A stretch of DNA of 38,662 nt. Origin: Alphaproteobacteria bacterium HGW-Alphaproteobacteria-13 (GTDB lineage Bacteria; Pseudomonadota; Alphaproteobacteria; Sphingomonadales; Sphingomonadaceae). A program made the translations under genes and the position numbers. Below are positions 17,661 through 25,631 of the stretch, piece by piece. Within the stretch, counting starts at the first letter, position 1. Every line of letters starts with the position of its first letter. The notes under the pieces were generated by a model, which saw only the letters and a list, made by a program, of their open reading frames with translations, made no database searches and was not told the origin of the DNA. The stretch lies in the NCBI GenBank assembly GCA_002842935.1, contig PHEM01000001.1, positions 1 to 38,662 on the forward strand. Reading direction: 5' to 3'.

Positions 17661-18051
17661 TTTTCTCCTCCATATTGGTAAGTCCGCTCCGGATGGACCA
17701 CATCACGGCTTTGGTGAGCGGGGATTTGTGCATATCGAGCACCTCCCGCCCGAGCGGGGTGGTTTGAAATGAGCCCTCCGCATCCACCGAGAGCCATTCC
17801 TTTTCGATCATCGGCTTGCAGATATCCGCCAACTCTTGCGGATTGATTCCAAACCAGTTTTGCATCGACAGCATGATTTCGTCGGGCGGCACGGGAAGAT
17901 CTCCGCCCGCCCGCAACAGCAAACCTAGTTGCAGACTGTTGACGTCGGGCCAGTGCCCCGGCGCCATTATGATGCGCTCGACCCGCTCGAGATGCGCCTT
18001 GCGCTCCTCGGGGCTCAAGCGATCGAACTCGTCCTTGTCCATGCGCGGCAT
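17641..18051 (-). CDS. Hypothetical winged-helix-like protein
   Basis: In-operon ORF; MIEKEWL…FQTTPLGREVL wing/helix pattern. Confidence 0.7.
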   Translation of the reverse strand: MPRMDKDEFDRLSPEERKAHLERVERIIMAPGHWPDVNSLQLGLLLRAGGDLPVPPDEIMLSMQNWFGINPQELADICKPMIEKEWLSVDAEGSFQTTPLGREVLDMHKSPLTKAVMWSIRSGLTNMEEKNEDGDP

Positions 18052-18075
18052 CTCCCTTGCTGGCCTCGCAGACGA

Positions 18076-18501
18076 TCATCTGTCCGGCCTCCCTTTCGCC
18101 ATGCTGACCAAGTCAGCCGAAAAGTCGGCTAGCCTGAACGAGCCGCCGATGCGCGCTAAAACTTCGTGCCCTAAGGTCGTCGCCTGGAGTTTCCAGCGAT
18201 CTCCCTGCCAGCCCAGCCAGCCCTTTTCGACGAGGCTATCAACGAGCTCGGCAAGGTCGAGCATCGTCAGCGGCGGCGAAAAAAATCCGTCGACCAAATA
18301 CTTGATCTCATCCGCCTCCAGCGGCTGGTCACCGCTGCACAGCTTCAGGACGGTCCACTCATGGACCATGACGTCCGGAAAATCCGAACGCTCTGCAACC
18401 ACGGCGCGCAGCGACCGCGGTGGATTATTTGCCGGTGAAGGCTCAGTGTTGGCCCTGATCGGCGTGGAGTCGGTCATCCTGTCAATTCCCTCCCGGTCCA
18501 T
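18076..18501 (-). CDS. Hypothetical winged-helix-like protein, probable paralogue of 17641-18051
   Basis: LVEKGWL…LQATTLGHEVL; overlaps the traN end; start uncertain. Confidence 0.7.
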   Translation of the reverse strand: MDREGIDRMTDSTPIRANTEPSPANNPPRSLRAVVAERSDFPDVMVHEWTVLKLCSGDQPLEADEIKYLVDGFFSPPLTMLDLAELVDSLVEKGWLGWQGDRWKLQATTLGHEVLARIGGSFRLADFSADLVSMAKGRPDR

Positions 18502-21500
18502 GCTGCTTGTAATAGGCGTCGATCTTCGCCTGAATGTCGCTCGCCATCTGCGCTTCGTCGGGCAGTTTCACGGCCTCGAGAAAATCCGCGTAGATATCCG
18601 AGAAGTCCATTTTGCTGAGGTCGAGGCGAGAAAATTCCTCGACGGTGAAGCCTTTGCACTGCTCCTCCTTCGGCTTGTCCCAGGGCTTGTTGATTTGCGG
18701 CCGCCCCTGCTCCTGCAGGATGCGCGTCAGCTTCGACTCAAAGCAGCAATATGCCTTCCGCTTCGTCTGGCAGACGCCAAGGAAGCTCGACGAACAATAG
18801 CTGCCGATCGAGACGCAAAGCCCAAGGCGATCCTTCACATCGAGCTGCTTTTCTTCATTCGAACACAGGAACGTCGTCAGGAACTGGGTAGCGACGCCTG
18901 CCAGCGCCGCCGGACCGCCGCTCAGTCCAGCCCATGCCGCCGCGGCGGCAACCCCGCCCGAGAACAAACCCGACACCTTGCCAGCGCAGCAATTGACCAG
19001 ACCGAATACGGGCTTGTGGCACGTCTCGCGCGTGCCTTTGAACAGGCCTAACGTGTCGGGATCGAATTCCTTGCCGACCTGGTCGATCGCGCCCATCGCA
19101 ACGAGAGCATCCTTGAACTCGTTCGACGCTTCGTCCTCGATCTCGCTGCAGCTCCCGTTGATGCAATACATCGAACCGCCGCAGACATATTCCTTCACGT
19201 CGGTCGGAGGAGAATTCGGGATCGGACATTTGAACGTCCGCTCCATGACCTTGCAGGGGCCGTTCGGCTCCTCGTCGAGACACGTATCCCGAACATGGCT
19301 ACATTTCGGATTGGCCTCGAGCTCGGCGCACTCGCTCTGGCCCGCACTCTCGCCATAGCAGGTGCCATTTTGCTCGGTCGCGCCCGGAGGGCAAACCATC
19401 GTGACCGTCGCCGGCAGCGACAACGTCATCGAACACGTCGTTCCCGAAAGCGTATAGTTCGCGGGGCAGCTATAATTGGGCTGTGCCGGATAGGTCTTGG
19501 TGCAAGTGGTTCCCGACAGGGTGAAGTCCGTCGGGCAGCTATAATTCGGCGTCGCCGGCTGCGTTTCCGTCTTGCTGCACATATTGCCGCTGAGGCTGTA
19601 CCCCGACGGGCAGGAATAGATCGGCGTCGCGGGCTGGGAGAGCACCGACCGACACTTGTCGCCCTGGACCTGCCAACCCGACGGACAGCTATAGGTCACG
19701 TCCGCCGGCTGCGCGAGATCGATCGTGCAGACCGACCCCGACAGAGAACCGCCATTCGGGCAGCTGTAGGTGACCGTTGCGCTCGACTCTTCGGTCCGCG
19801 AACAGGTCGTACCGGACAGGTTATAGCCGGAAGGACAATAATAGACTGGGCTCGCAGCCGTCGACGTGACGATCGTGCACGTCGTTCCGTTCAAGGTGCC
19901 CCCATTAGGGCAGGTATGCGTCACTGTTGCCGGTAGCGAGCTGCTCGTATTGCAGATGTTGCCCGCAAGCGTGCCGCCACTCGGACAGCTATAGGTAATC
20001 GTCGCGGGGCTGCTTGAGCTCGTTTGGCATGTCGTGCCGTTAAGCGTTCCTCCGTTCGGGCAGCTATAGGAGACCGTGCCGGGAGTTGCCGACACCATCG
20101 TGCACATCGAGCCTTCGACGACATAGGCGCCGGGGCAGGTGTAATTGACTTTCGGGTGGAAGAAGCACTTCGTCCCCGAATAGCCCTGAGCCTTGCCTTC
20201 CTTGTAGAATCCGATCCAGCCGGTGGGACAGGTTTTCCCTGTTTTCGCCATGCCGCAATAGGGCGCGCCCTCGAAGGTATAGAGATCCATCGGAATCGCC
20301 CAGCCACTGCACTGGTAGACAGGCGTGCCCGGGGTCTGCGATGTCGTCATGCAGTTCGTGCCGTTCAGCGTCCCACCGTTGGGGCAGCTATAGCTGGCGG
20401 TGGCCGCATAGCTTCCCGAGGTGACGCATTCGGTCCCCTGCAGCGTGCCTCCATTCGGACAGCTGTAATTGGGGGTCGCGCCATAGCTCCCTGTCGCGGT
20501 GCACGTCGTCCCCGACAGCGTATAGCCCGACGGGCAGCTATAGTTCGGGACCGCGGTGTAGGTTCCCGTCTGCGTGCATGTCGTGCCGTTGAGGTCGTAG
20601 CCTGCAGGACAGGTATAATAGACGTCTGCCGGCTGCGAGAGCGTGCGCGAACAGGTAGTGCCCGAGAGGCTATAGCCCGCAGGGCAGCTATAGCTGGCGG
20701 TAGCTGCATAGGTCGACTTCGACCGGCAGGTCGTCCCCTCGAGAACATATCCTGCCGGGCAGTTGTAATTGGGCGTCGCCGATTGCTCGAGGGTCCGAAC
20801 GCACCGATCACCTTCGAGCATATAGTCAGCCGGGCAGCTGTAGCCCGTGATGACCGCCGGCTCGGTCGTGGTGCGAACGCAATTCGTCCCCTGCAGCGAA
20901 AAACCCGCGGGACAGCTATGGCTCGACACCGAAGCGGGCTGAGTGACCACGCACGTCGTGCCCTGCAGGACGCCGCCGTCCGGACAGGTGTAGGTAACGT
21001 CCGCAGGCTGCGTCAGTGTTTTCGAGCAAGTCCGGCCAACGAGCGTATAGCCATCGGGGCAGCTTAATTCCTCGACGCGATCGGGCGTCGTAACGGTTAC
21101 GCCGACATCGCAGGTCGCGTCGTAATAGTCCTGCTTTTCGCCGACTTTGACCTCCTCGCAGGTTCCCGGCGTATTGCTGATGTTTTCGCCGAGCTCGGAG
21201 CTCCCGGCGTTTTCGTTGATCTCCTCGCCCTTCTTGATGATGTCCTCGAACGATGCCGGGTCGACGGTTGCACGATTTGCATCGGCGCCCATCATGACTT
21301 CCCAGGCCTCATTCCCGACGGCGCTGCCGCCGGCTGAGTTCAACGCGCCATCATCGCTGCCAAAGAGATTCGATAGGTCGCTCGGCGCGGTGGAATAGCC
21401 CGGGATCACATCGCCGTTGACTTCCTGATCCGGAATTGAGGCCGCGCCTTCCTTGCCCGACTTCGCGAACGCTTCGCCGTCTTTCTGCGCAGACGTGATG

Positions 21501-21658
21501 TCGCCGGACGGAGTGGTTTGCGCCCGAACGACGGGCATCGGACCGACGACCATCGAAAGCGCTGCCGCGATCGCGACCATCGAGCGGCTGAGGCGACGGC
21601 CGAGACCGACGGTTCCGGCGCCCTGGTCAGTCCCGGCGCCATTCAGAGCATCGATCAT
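18482..21658 (-). CDS. traN: Mating-pair stabilisation adhesin TraN with 21 Cys repeats
   Basis: C-terminal TraN motifs (LFKGTRETC, NCC, C..IGSYCS, YCCFESKL.RILQEQGRPQ, CKGFT.EEF..LD.SKMDFS); signal peptide; position after trbC. Confidence 0.93.
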   Translation of the reverse strand: MIDALNGAGTDQGAGTVGLGRRLSRSMVAIAAALSMVVGPMPVVRAQTTPSGDITSAQKDGEAFAKSGKEGAASIPDQEVNGDVIPGYSTAPSDLSNLFGSDDGALNSAGGSAVGNEAWEVMMGADANRATVDPASFEDIIKKGEEINENAGSSELGENISNTPGTCEEVKVGEKQDYYDATCDVGVTVTTPDRVEELSCPDGYTLVGRTCSKTLTQPADVTYTCPDGGVLQGTTCVVTQPASVSSHSCPAGFSLQGTNCVRTTTEPAVITGYSCPADYMLEGDRCVRTLEQSATPNYNCPAGYVLEGTTCRSKSTYAATASYSCPAGYSLSGTTCSRTLSQPADVYYTCPAGYDLNGTTCTQTGTYTAVPNYSCPSGYTLSGTTCTATGSYGATPNYSCPNGGTLQGTECVTSGSYAATASYSCPNGGTLNGTNCMTTSQTPGTPVYQCSGWAIPMDLYTFEGAPYCGMAKTGKTCPTGWIGFYKEGKAQGYSGTKCFFHPKVNYTCPGAYVVEGSMCTMVSATPGTVSYSCPNGGTLNGTTCQTSSSSPATITYSCPSGGTLAGNICNTSSSLPATVTHTCPNGGTLNGTTCTIVTSTAASPVYYCPSGYNLSGTTCSRTEESSATVTYSCPNGGSLSGSVCTIDLAQPADVTYSCPSGWQVQGDKCRSVLSQPATPIYSCPSGYSLSGNMCSKTETQPATPNYSCPTDFTLSGTTCTKTYPAQPNYSCPANYTLSGTTCSMTLSLPATVTMVCPPGATEQNGTCYGESAGQSECAELEANPKCSHVRDTCLDEEPNGPCKVMERTFKCPIPNSPPTDVKEYVCGGSMYCINGSCSEIEDEASNEFKDALVAMGAIDQVGKEFDPDTLGLFKGTRETCHKPVFGLVNCCAGKVSGLFSGGVAAAAAWAGLSGGPAALAGVATQFLTTFLCSNEEKQLDVKDRLGLCVSIGSYCSSSFLGVCQTKRKAYCCFESKLTRILQEQGRPQINKPWDKPKEEQCKGFTVEEFSRLDLSKMDFSDIYADFLEAVKLPDEAQMASDIQAKIDAYYKQHGPGGN
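19358..21061 (-). repeat. Coding tandem repeats in traN, about 25-aa unit (YSCPxGxTLxGTTC), 10 + 11 units around a unique insert
   Basis: Counted directly from the translation. Confidence 0.9.
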
Positions 21659-22413
21659 GACCCCTGTCCTCTCTTCAGACGCGACAGTGCCTGGCCCGCG
21701 ATCGCCGACCCGGGGCCACGCCCATCAACAAAGGTCTCCAGTGCATATTCGAGCGGTACGTTTCCGGTCATCCGGTCAAAGGGCGGAACCGTCGTTCGGC
21801 AGTCGAAGCCGTCGCACAGCTCGAAATCGGAAGTGACGACGACGATCGCCGGCACGGCCGTCACATCGAACGCACGGAACAGTCGCGGGTCGATCCCGAT
21901 GCTTCCATAGGCGTCCTGGTTATCGACCACCTTCATGATGCCCTGCTGAAAGGCTTTCATGGAGTTGCCGGGGAACCCGTTGAAGACAACAGTGCCGCCA
22001 GCCTTCGCGGTATCGCGAATGAGCTTCTTCAAACTCTGTTCCGGCATCGACAACGACGCGAAGACGATGAGCTGGGGCGCGCCCTTGTCGCTCGCCTCGA
22101 GATCGGTCGACGCGGCAAGCATTTGGTCGAAATCGATCGGACCCGTTGGTCCGCCGCCAAGCACACCTTTGTTCTCAGCCAGATTGCGGGTACCGGCATC
22201 GGCCGCATCCTTCGCTTCTGCTCGCATCTCATCACCGCGGCGCGAGACCTCACGGATGAGGGCCTCCGCATCCGCATCGGCTGCTTCACCGCGACCAATA
22301 ATCTGCTGGATGTCGAGACCCTCGACGTTCTGCGCGAGCGCAATGCCGCCACCGCAAACCGACAGGATCGCGGCACCGGCAAAGAACTTCCCTTTTCCGG
22401 AAAGGTTTTTCAA
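21655..22413 (-). CDS. trbC: F-type pilin assembly protein TrbC
   Basis: LIVFASLSMP, IDPRLFRAFDVTAVPAIV, GNVPLEYALE; TTG start overlapping the traU stop. Confidence 0.9.
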   Translation of the reverse strand: MKNLSGKGKFFAGAAILSVCGGGIALAQNVEGLDIQQIIGRGEAADADAEALIREVSRRGDEMRAEAKDAADAGTRNLAENKGVLGGGPTGPIDFDQMLAASTDLEASDKGAPQLIVFASLSMPEQSLKKLIRDTAKAGGTVVFNGFPGNSMKAFQQGIMKVVDNQDAYGSIGIDPRLFRAFDVTAVPAIVVVTSDFELCDGFDCRTTVPPFDRMTGNVPLEYALETFVDGRGPGSAIAGQALSRLKRGQGS

Positions 22414-23474
22414 AGGACGCAGCAATTTCGCTTCCTCCAAACAAGATAGCCCATGTCTTCGCCAACGGCGGGATAGGTGTTGCCGGATCCCGGCTTCATG
22501 TCGGAGGCGCCGATCGGCGGGCAGGCCCAGCGGCCCTTCACCATCGGCGACGGCACCGTGGCCTGGAACCGATATTGCTGCTTCTTCATAATCGGCATGA
22601 TGTATTTGCCGCAGAGCCCCTTCTTGCCCATCGTCCCCCACGCGATACCTTGCCGATGAAGCTTGAAGGCGAAGCGCGACAGCGCGAGCCGGCTCGACTG
22701 GACGTGGCCGATGTGCGCGGAGATGTTTCCGTTCATCGGATACATCGGCCCGAGGCAGCCAGCGCACCAGAAGAGCGGGTCGAGCGGAAGCTTACCGGTG
22801 GCGGCTCCACAGTCTGCCGCGCACGCAGTTTGCGCGAGCGGATTGGCGAAGAGCGCGACTTCCGGATTGATCAGTGCCGTCAGCGTATCATCCTGCCAGA
22901 GCGGGTCGATTTCGGTGACATAGGCGATATCGAATGACGACTGCTCGAGGCAGGCAACGTCCGTCAGGAGCTCCATCCAGTAGAGCAGCGGATAGACATA
23001 CCAGTGGACATGCCATTTCGCGCCGCGATCATGTCCGTCGACGCTTGTCGCAGCGCGGCCGTGGCCGATATTGAACCCGGGCGAGATCTTCTTGCCGCCG
23101 AGGCTCGCAAAGCACCACGGCTTCATCGTGACATCCGCGAGGCGGACCGGCTCCCAAAAGCCCATCGCCACGCCAATGCGCGGTAAAGGCGAGCCGCACG
23201 CACAGATCGGGAGATCGGGATTGTCCGTGTCGGGACGATCAGACGGCATGATCTTCAAGCCACCCACCGACAACGGAAACAGGCAGGACCAGCAGACGTC
23301 CGTGATCGGGTTCACGAATTTGCCCGTGCACTTCCCCGGGGTCCCGTCGATCCCCGCCGCCCCAGCGGTTGCCGGAGCAAGGATTGCGAAGGTCAGCGCC
23401 GCGAGCGCGGCGCGAACGGACGTGCGAGCGGCACTGACGACACCGCCGACAGATTTGGAGAGGCGGGAGCTCAT
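22410..23474 (-). CDS. traU: TraU
   Basis: CTGKFVNPITDVCWSCLFPL, GFWEP, HVHWY.YP, WRKRNCC. Confidence 0.95.
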   Translation of the reverse strand: MSSRLSKSVGGVVSAARTSVRAALAALTFAILAPATAGAAGIDGTPGKCTGKFVNPITDVCWSCLFPLSVGGLKIMPSDRPDTDNPDLPICACGSPLPRIGVAMGFWEPVRLADVTMKPWCFASLGGKKISPGFNIGHGRAATSVDGHDRGAKWHVHWYVYPLLYWMELLTDVACLEQSSFDIAYVTEIDPLWQDDTLTALINPEVALFANPLAQTACAADCGAATGKLPLDPLFWCAGCLGPMYPMNGNISAHIGHVQSSRLALSRFAFKLHRQGIAWGTMGKKGLCGKYIMPIMKKQQYRFQATVPSPMVKGRWACPPIGASDMKPGSGNTYPAVGEDMGYLVWRKRNCCVL

Positions 23475-24127
23475 TTGCGCCCCACACCGAGCGGGATTTC
23501 AGAAACCCGCATCGTCTTCCCATTCGGTTCGACCACCGCCGGCACCGCTCGGATCCCGAAGCGGCCGACAAGAAACCCGCCTTGGTCGAAATAAAAGCGG
23601 CGCTGATGCGCTGTCATTGCGTCGAGCGGCGCACCCTTGACCATGATGAGCTTGGCCCCGCGGTCATCGAACCGGCGAAGAGCCCAGTTGACCTGGTCGC
23701 GATCATCGCCGTCGATGAACACCAGCTTTTGACGGATCGTCACGAAATCCAGAGGATTCACGCGCTGGCCCGCGCGCGCGATCACATTGCCCTTATTGTC
23801 GAGAATATCCTTGTCGACCTGCATTGTGGGGTCGAAGATCCAGCTCCGCTCGCGAACGGCAAGTGCAATGCCGGCGACCGGTCGGGGACGGCGGACGCCG
23901 GCTTCCGTGCGTCGCGTGAGCTCCGCATTCATCCGATCGATGCCGCCGCTCGCCTCAAGCGTGCGAAGCTTCTGCTCGATCGTGCGCAGAAGATCGGGCT
24001 CGGAAATCCGGAACACCGCACCCTGTTGACCATAATCTTTCGCGCTGGCGCTCGGCATATTTACAACGAGAGCGAACGGCACAAGCGCGGCGCCCAACGC
24101 GGCGTGGCGACGGGCGGCGCGCGTCAT
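23471..24127 (-). CDS. traW: TraW
   Basis: DYGQQGAVFRISEPD, FDPT, VNPLD, FIDGDD.Q, FYFDQGG, GIRAVPA; start at MTRAARR. Confidence 0.93.
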   Translation of the reverse strand: MTRAARRHAALGAALVPFALVVNMPSASAKDYGQQGAVFRISEPDLLRTIEQKLRTLEASGGIDRMNAELTRRTEAGVRRPRPVAGIALAVRERSWIFDPTMQVDKDILDNKGNVIARAGQRVNPLDFVTIRQKLVFIDGDDRDQVNWALRRFDDRGAKLIMVKGAPLDAMTAHQRRFYFDQGGFLVGRFGIRAVPAVVEPNGKTMRVSEIPLGVGRK

Positions 24128-24672
24128 AGCAGCGACCATTTCGATACTCCGACAATCTGACGGGTGCATACGAAGCCGATAGCGGCATAGCGGCTGTCGA
24201 AGCCGTCGGGATGCGGGCTTCCCATGTAGTAGCAACCGCTCGGGATCACGCCTGTCGGCCCGGGCACCAGTTTCTCGCCGACCGACGACACGGGCTTTAG
24301 CTTCCCGACGACCTGCTCCGACGGCGCATCGTTGCCCGCGCCCGCGGCCCAGCTGACGATAACATCCGCGCCACGATGAACGACCGTGTCACCCGGCATT
24401 CCGTAAACGATCTTGCCAAAGACCGGAGGCTCGGCGCCGAAATGCGAATGAACGAGCTTGTTCGACGGAGGGGCGAAAAACGCCACCTCTCCCCGCTTCA
24501 CCACCTTACCGCGCTCGAAATAATAGGCCCAATTGGGAAGCGAGGGCGAACGGTTGATGAAGAACCCATGACGCTGCGCGTAGCTGTCCAGCGAGAGCCA
24601 GGCGCTAGTGGCCGCGACGATCCCGATCGCGATCACCGTGTTGCGAAGGAAAGGCGATCGCAGCACGCCCAC
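24124..24672 (-). CDS. trhF: Conjugative S26 signal peptidase (TrhF-like pilin peptidase)
   Basis: INRSPSLP, KIVYGMPGD, HPDGFDSRY; start approximate. Confidence 0.85.
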   Translation of the reverse strand: MGVLRSPFLRNTVIAIGIVAATSAWLSLDSYAQRHGFFINRSPSLPNWAYYFERGKVVKRGEVAFFAPPSNKLVHSHFGAEPPVFGKIVYGMPGDTVVHRGADVIVSWAAGAGNDAPSEQVVGKLKPVSSVGEKLVPGPTGVIPSGCYYMGSPHPDGFDSRYAAIGFVCTRQIVGVSKWSLL

Positions 24673-24676
24673 CGCG

Positions 24677-25252
24677 TCACTGCCCGCCGCCGGGCAGCAG
24701 GCCGCCGCCACCAAAGACAGGGGAGTTTGCCGCCGGCGCCGAAGCCGGAGCTGATGGCATCAGGGCGGGCATTGCAGGCGCAGAGGCGGCGGCCGCAACG
24801 CGCGGCGGAGGATTGCGCTTGATAAACTCGCCCACCGCTGCGCGCACATCAGGAGTGATGTCCGGCATCGAGGCCGCCACCACAGCTTCGCTCACCACGA
24901 TCGTTTCGCCGGCGGCCGCGCGGTCCTGCAGTGTCTTCTGCATCGCCGACATAAAATGCCGTGTGTCGGAATCGACCTGTTCCGGGCTCGCGCCCGAGCG
25001 CGCTTCCGCCATGATGAAATCGTTCGCCATGCCGGCGAGGCTGATCGAGACGATCCGCCGTTCCTTGAGGATCATGAGCTCGCGCGTTGCCCATCCACCC
25101 CATACGAGCGCGGCAACGAGCGCCGTACCGCCCAAAATCTGACCCCAGCTGAACCCGGCAAAACCGCGGCGGCGGGATGCTGGCGCCGCCGCAGCATCGG
25201 TCGAAGGAACAAGCGGTTCCCCACCGATCGTCAATGCGAGTTGTTCAGTCAT
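24677..25252 (-). CDS. trbI: F-type TrbI
   Basis: Single TM, AVVA…DITP motif; located between traC and trhF. Confidence 0.8.
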   Translation of the reverse strand: MTEQLALTIGGEPLVPSTDAAAAPASRRRGFAGFSWGQILGGTALVAALVWGGWATRELMILKERRIVSISLAGMANDFIMAEARSGASPEQVDSDTRHFMSAMQKTLQDRAAAGETIVVSEAVVAASMPDITPDVRAAVGEFIKRNPPPRVAAAASAPAMPALMPSAPASAPAANSPVFGGGGLLPGGGQ

Positions 25253-25631
25253 TGGAAATTGCCCCCTTGGCTGTAGCGGCCGCCGACAGCAGCGCCGAGC
25301 GACGCACGATGCAGAAAAACAGGACGAAGCCGCCAAAAAGGTACAGAAGCAGCTCGGCGAACTCGCCGCGCCGATCACCGTCGGCCCCCAGATAATGATT
25401 TGAGAGATTCGCCGTTTCGGCAAAAAACTGGTCGACGCTGAGATTTGCCATCAGAGCGAAGAAGCCCAGCAATAGACCGGCGGCGGCCAGACAGTTGATC
25501 GCGAGCCAGCACGTTACCGATACGAACGAATAGGCGATGTCCTGGAACAGCGATCGCCCGGGGAGTGAACCGCGCGCAGAACGCGCAGGAGCCGAGCCCG
25601 CGCCAATGGCAGAAGGCTGAGCGGCGCTCAT
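25245..25631 (-). CDS. Hypothetical inner-membrane protein
   Basis: Overlaps both neighbours; hydrophobic segments. Confidence 0.7.
   Translation of the reverse strand: MSAAQPSAIGAGSAPARSARGSLPGRSLFQDIAYSFVSVTCWLAINCLAAAGLLLGFFALMANLSVDQFFAETANLSNHYLGADGDRRGEFAELLLYLFGGFVLFFCIVRRSALLSAAATAKGAISND

Noticed and set aside
19358-21061. Regular ~75-nt periodic repeats (GGGCAGCTATAG-like) resembling a CRISPR array
   Set aside because: They are degenerate, in-frame coding repeats of TraN that vary at synonymous positions, and no cas genes are present.
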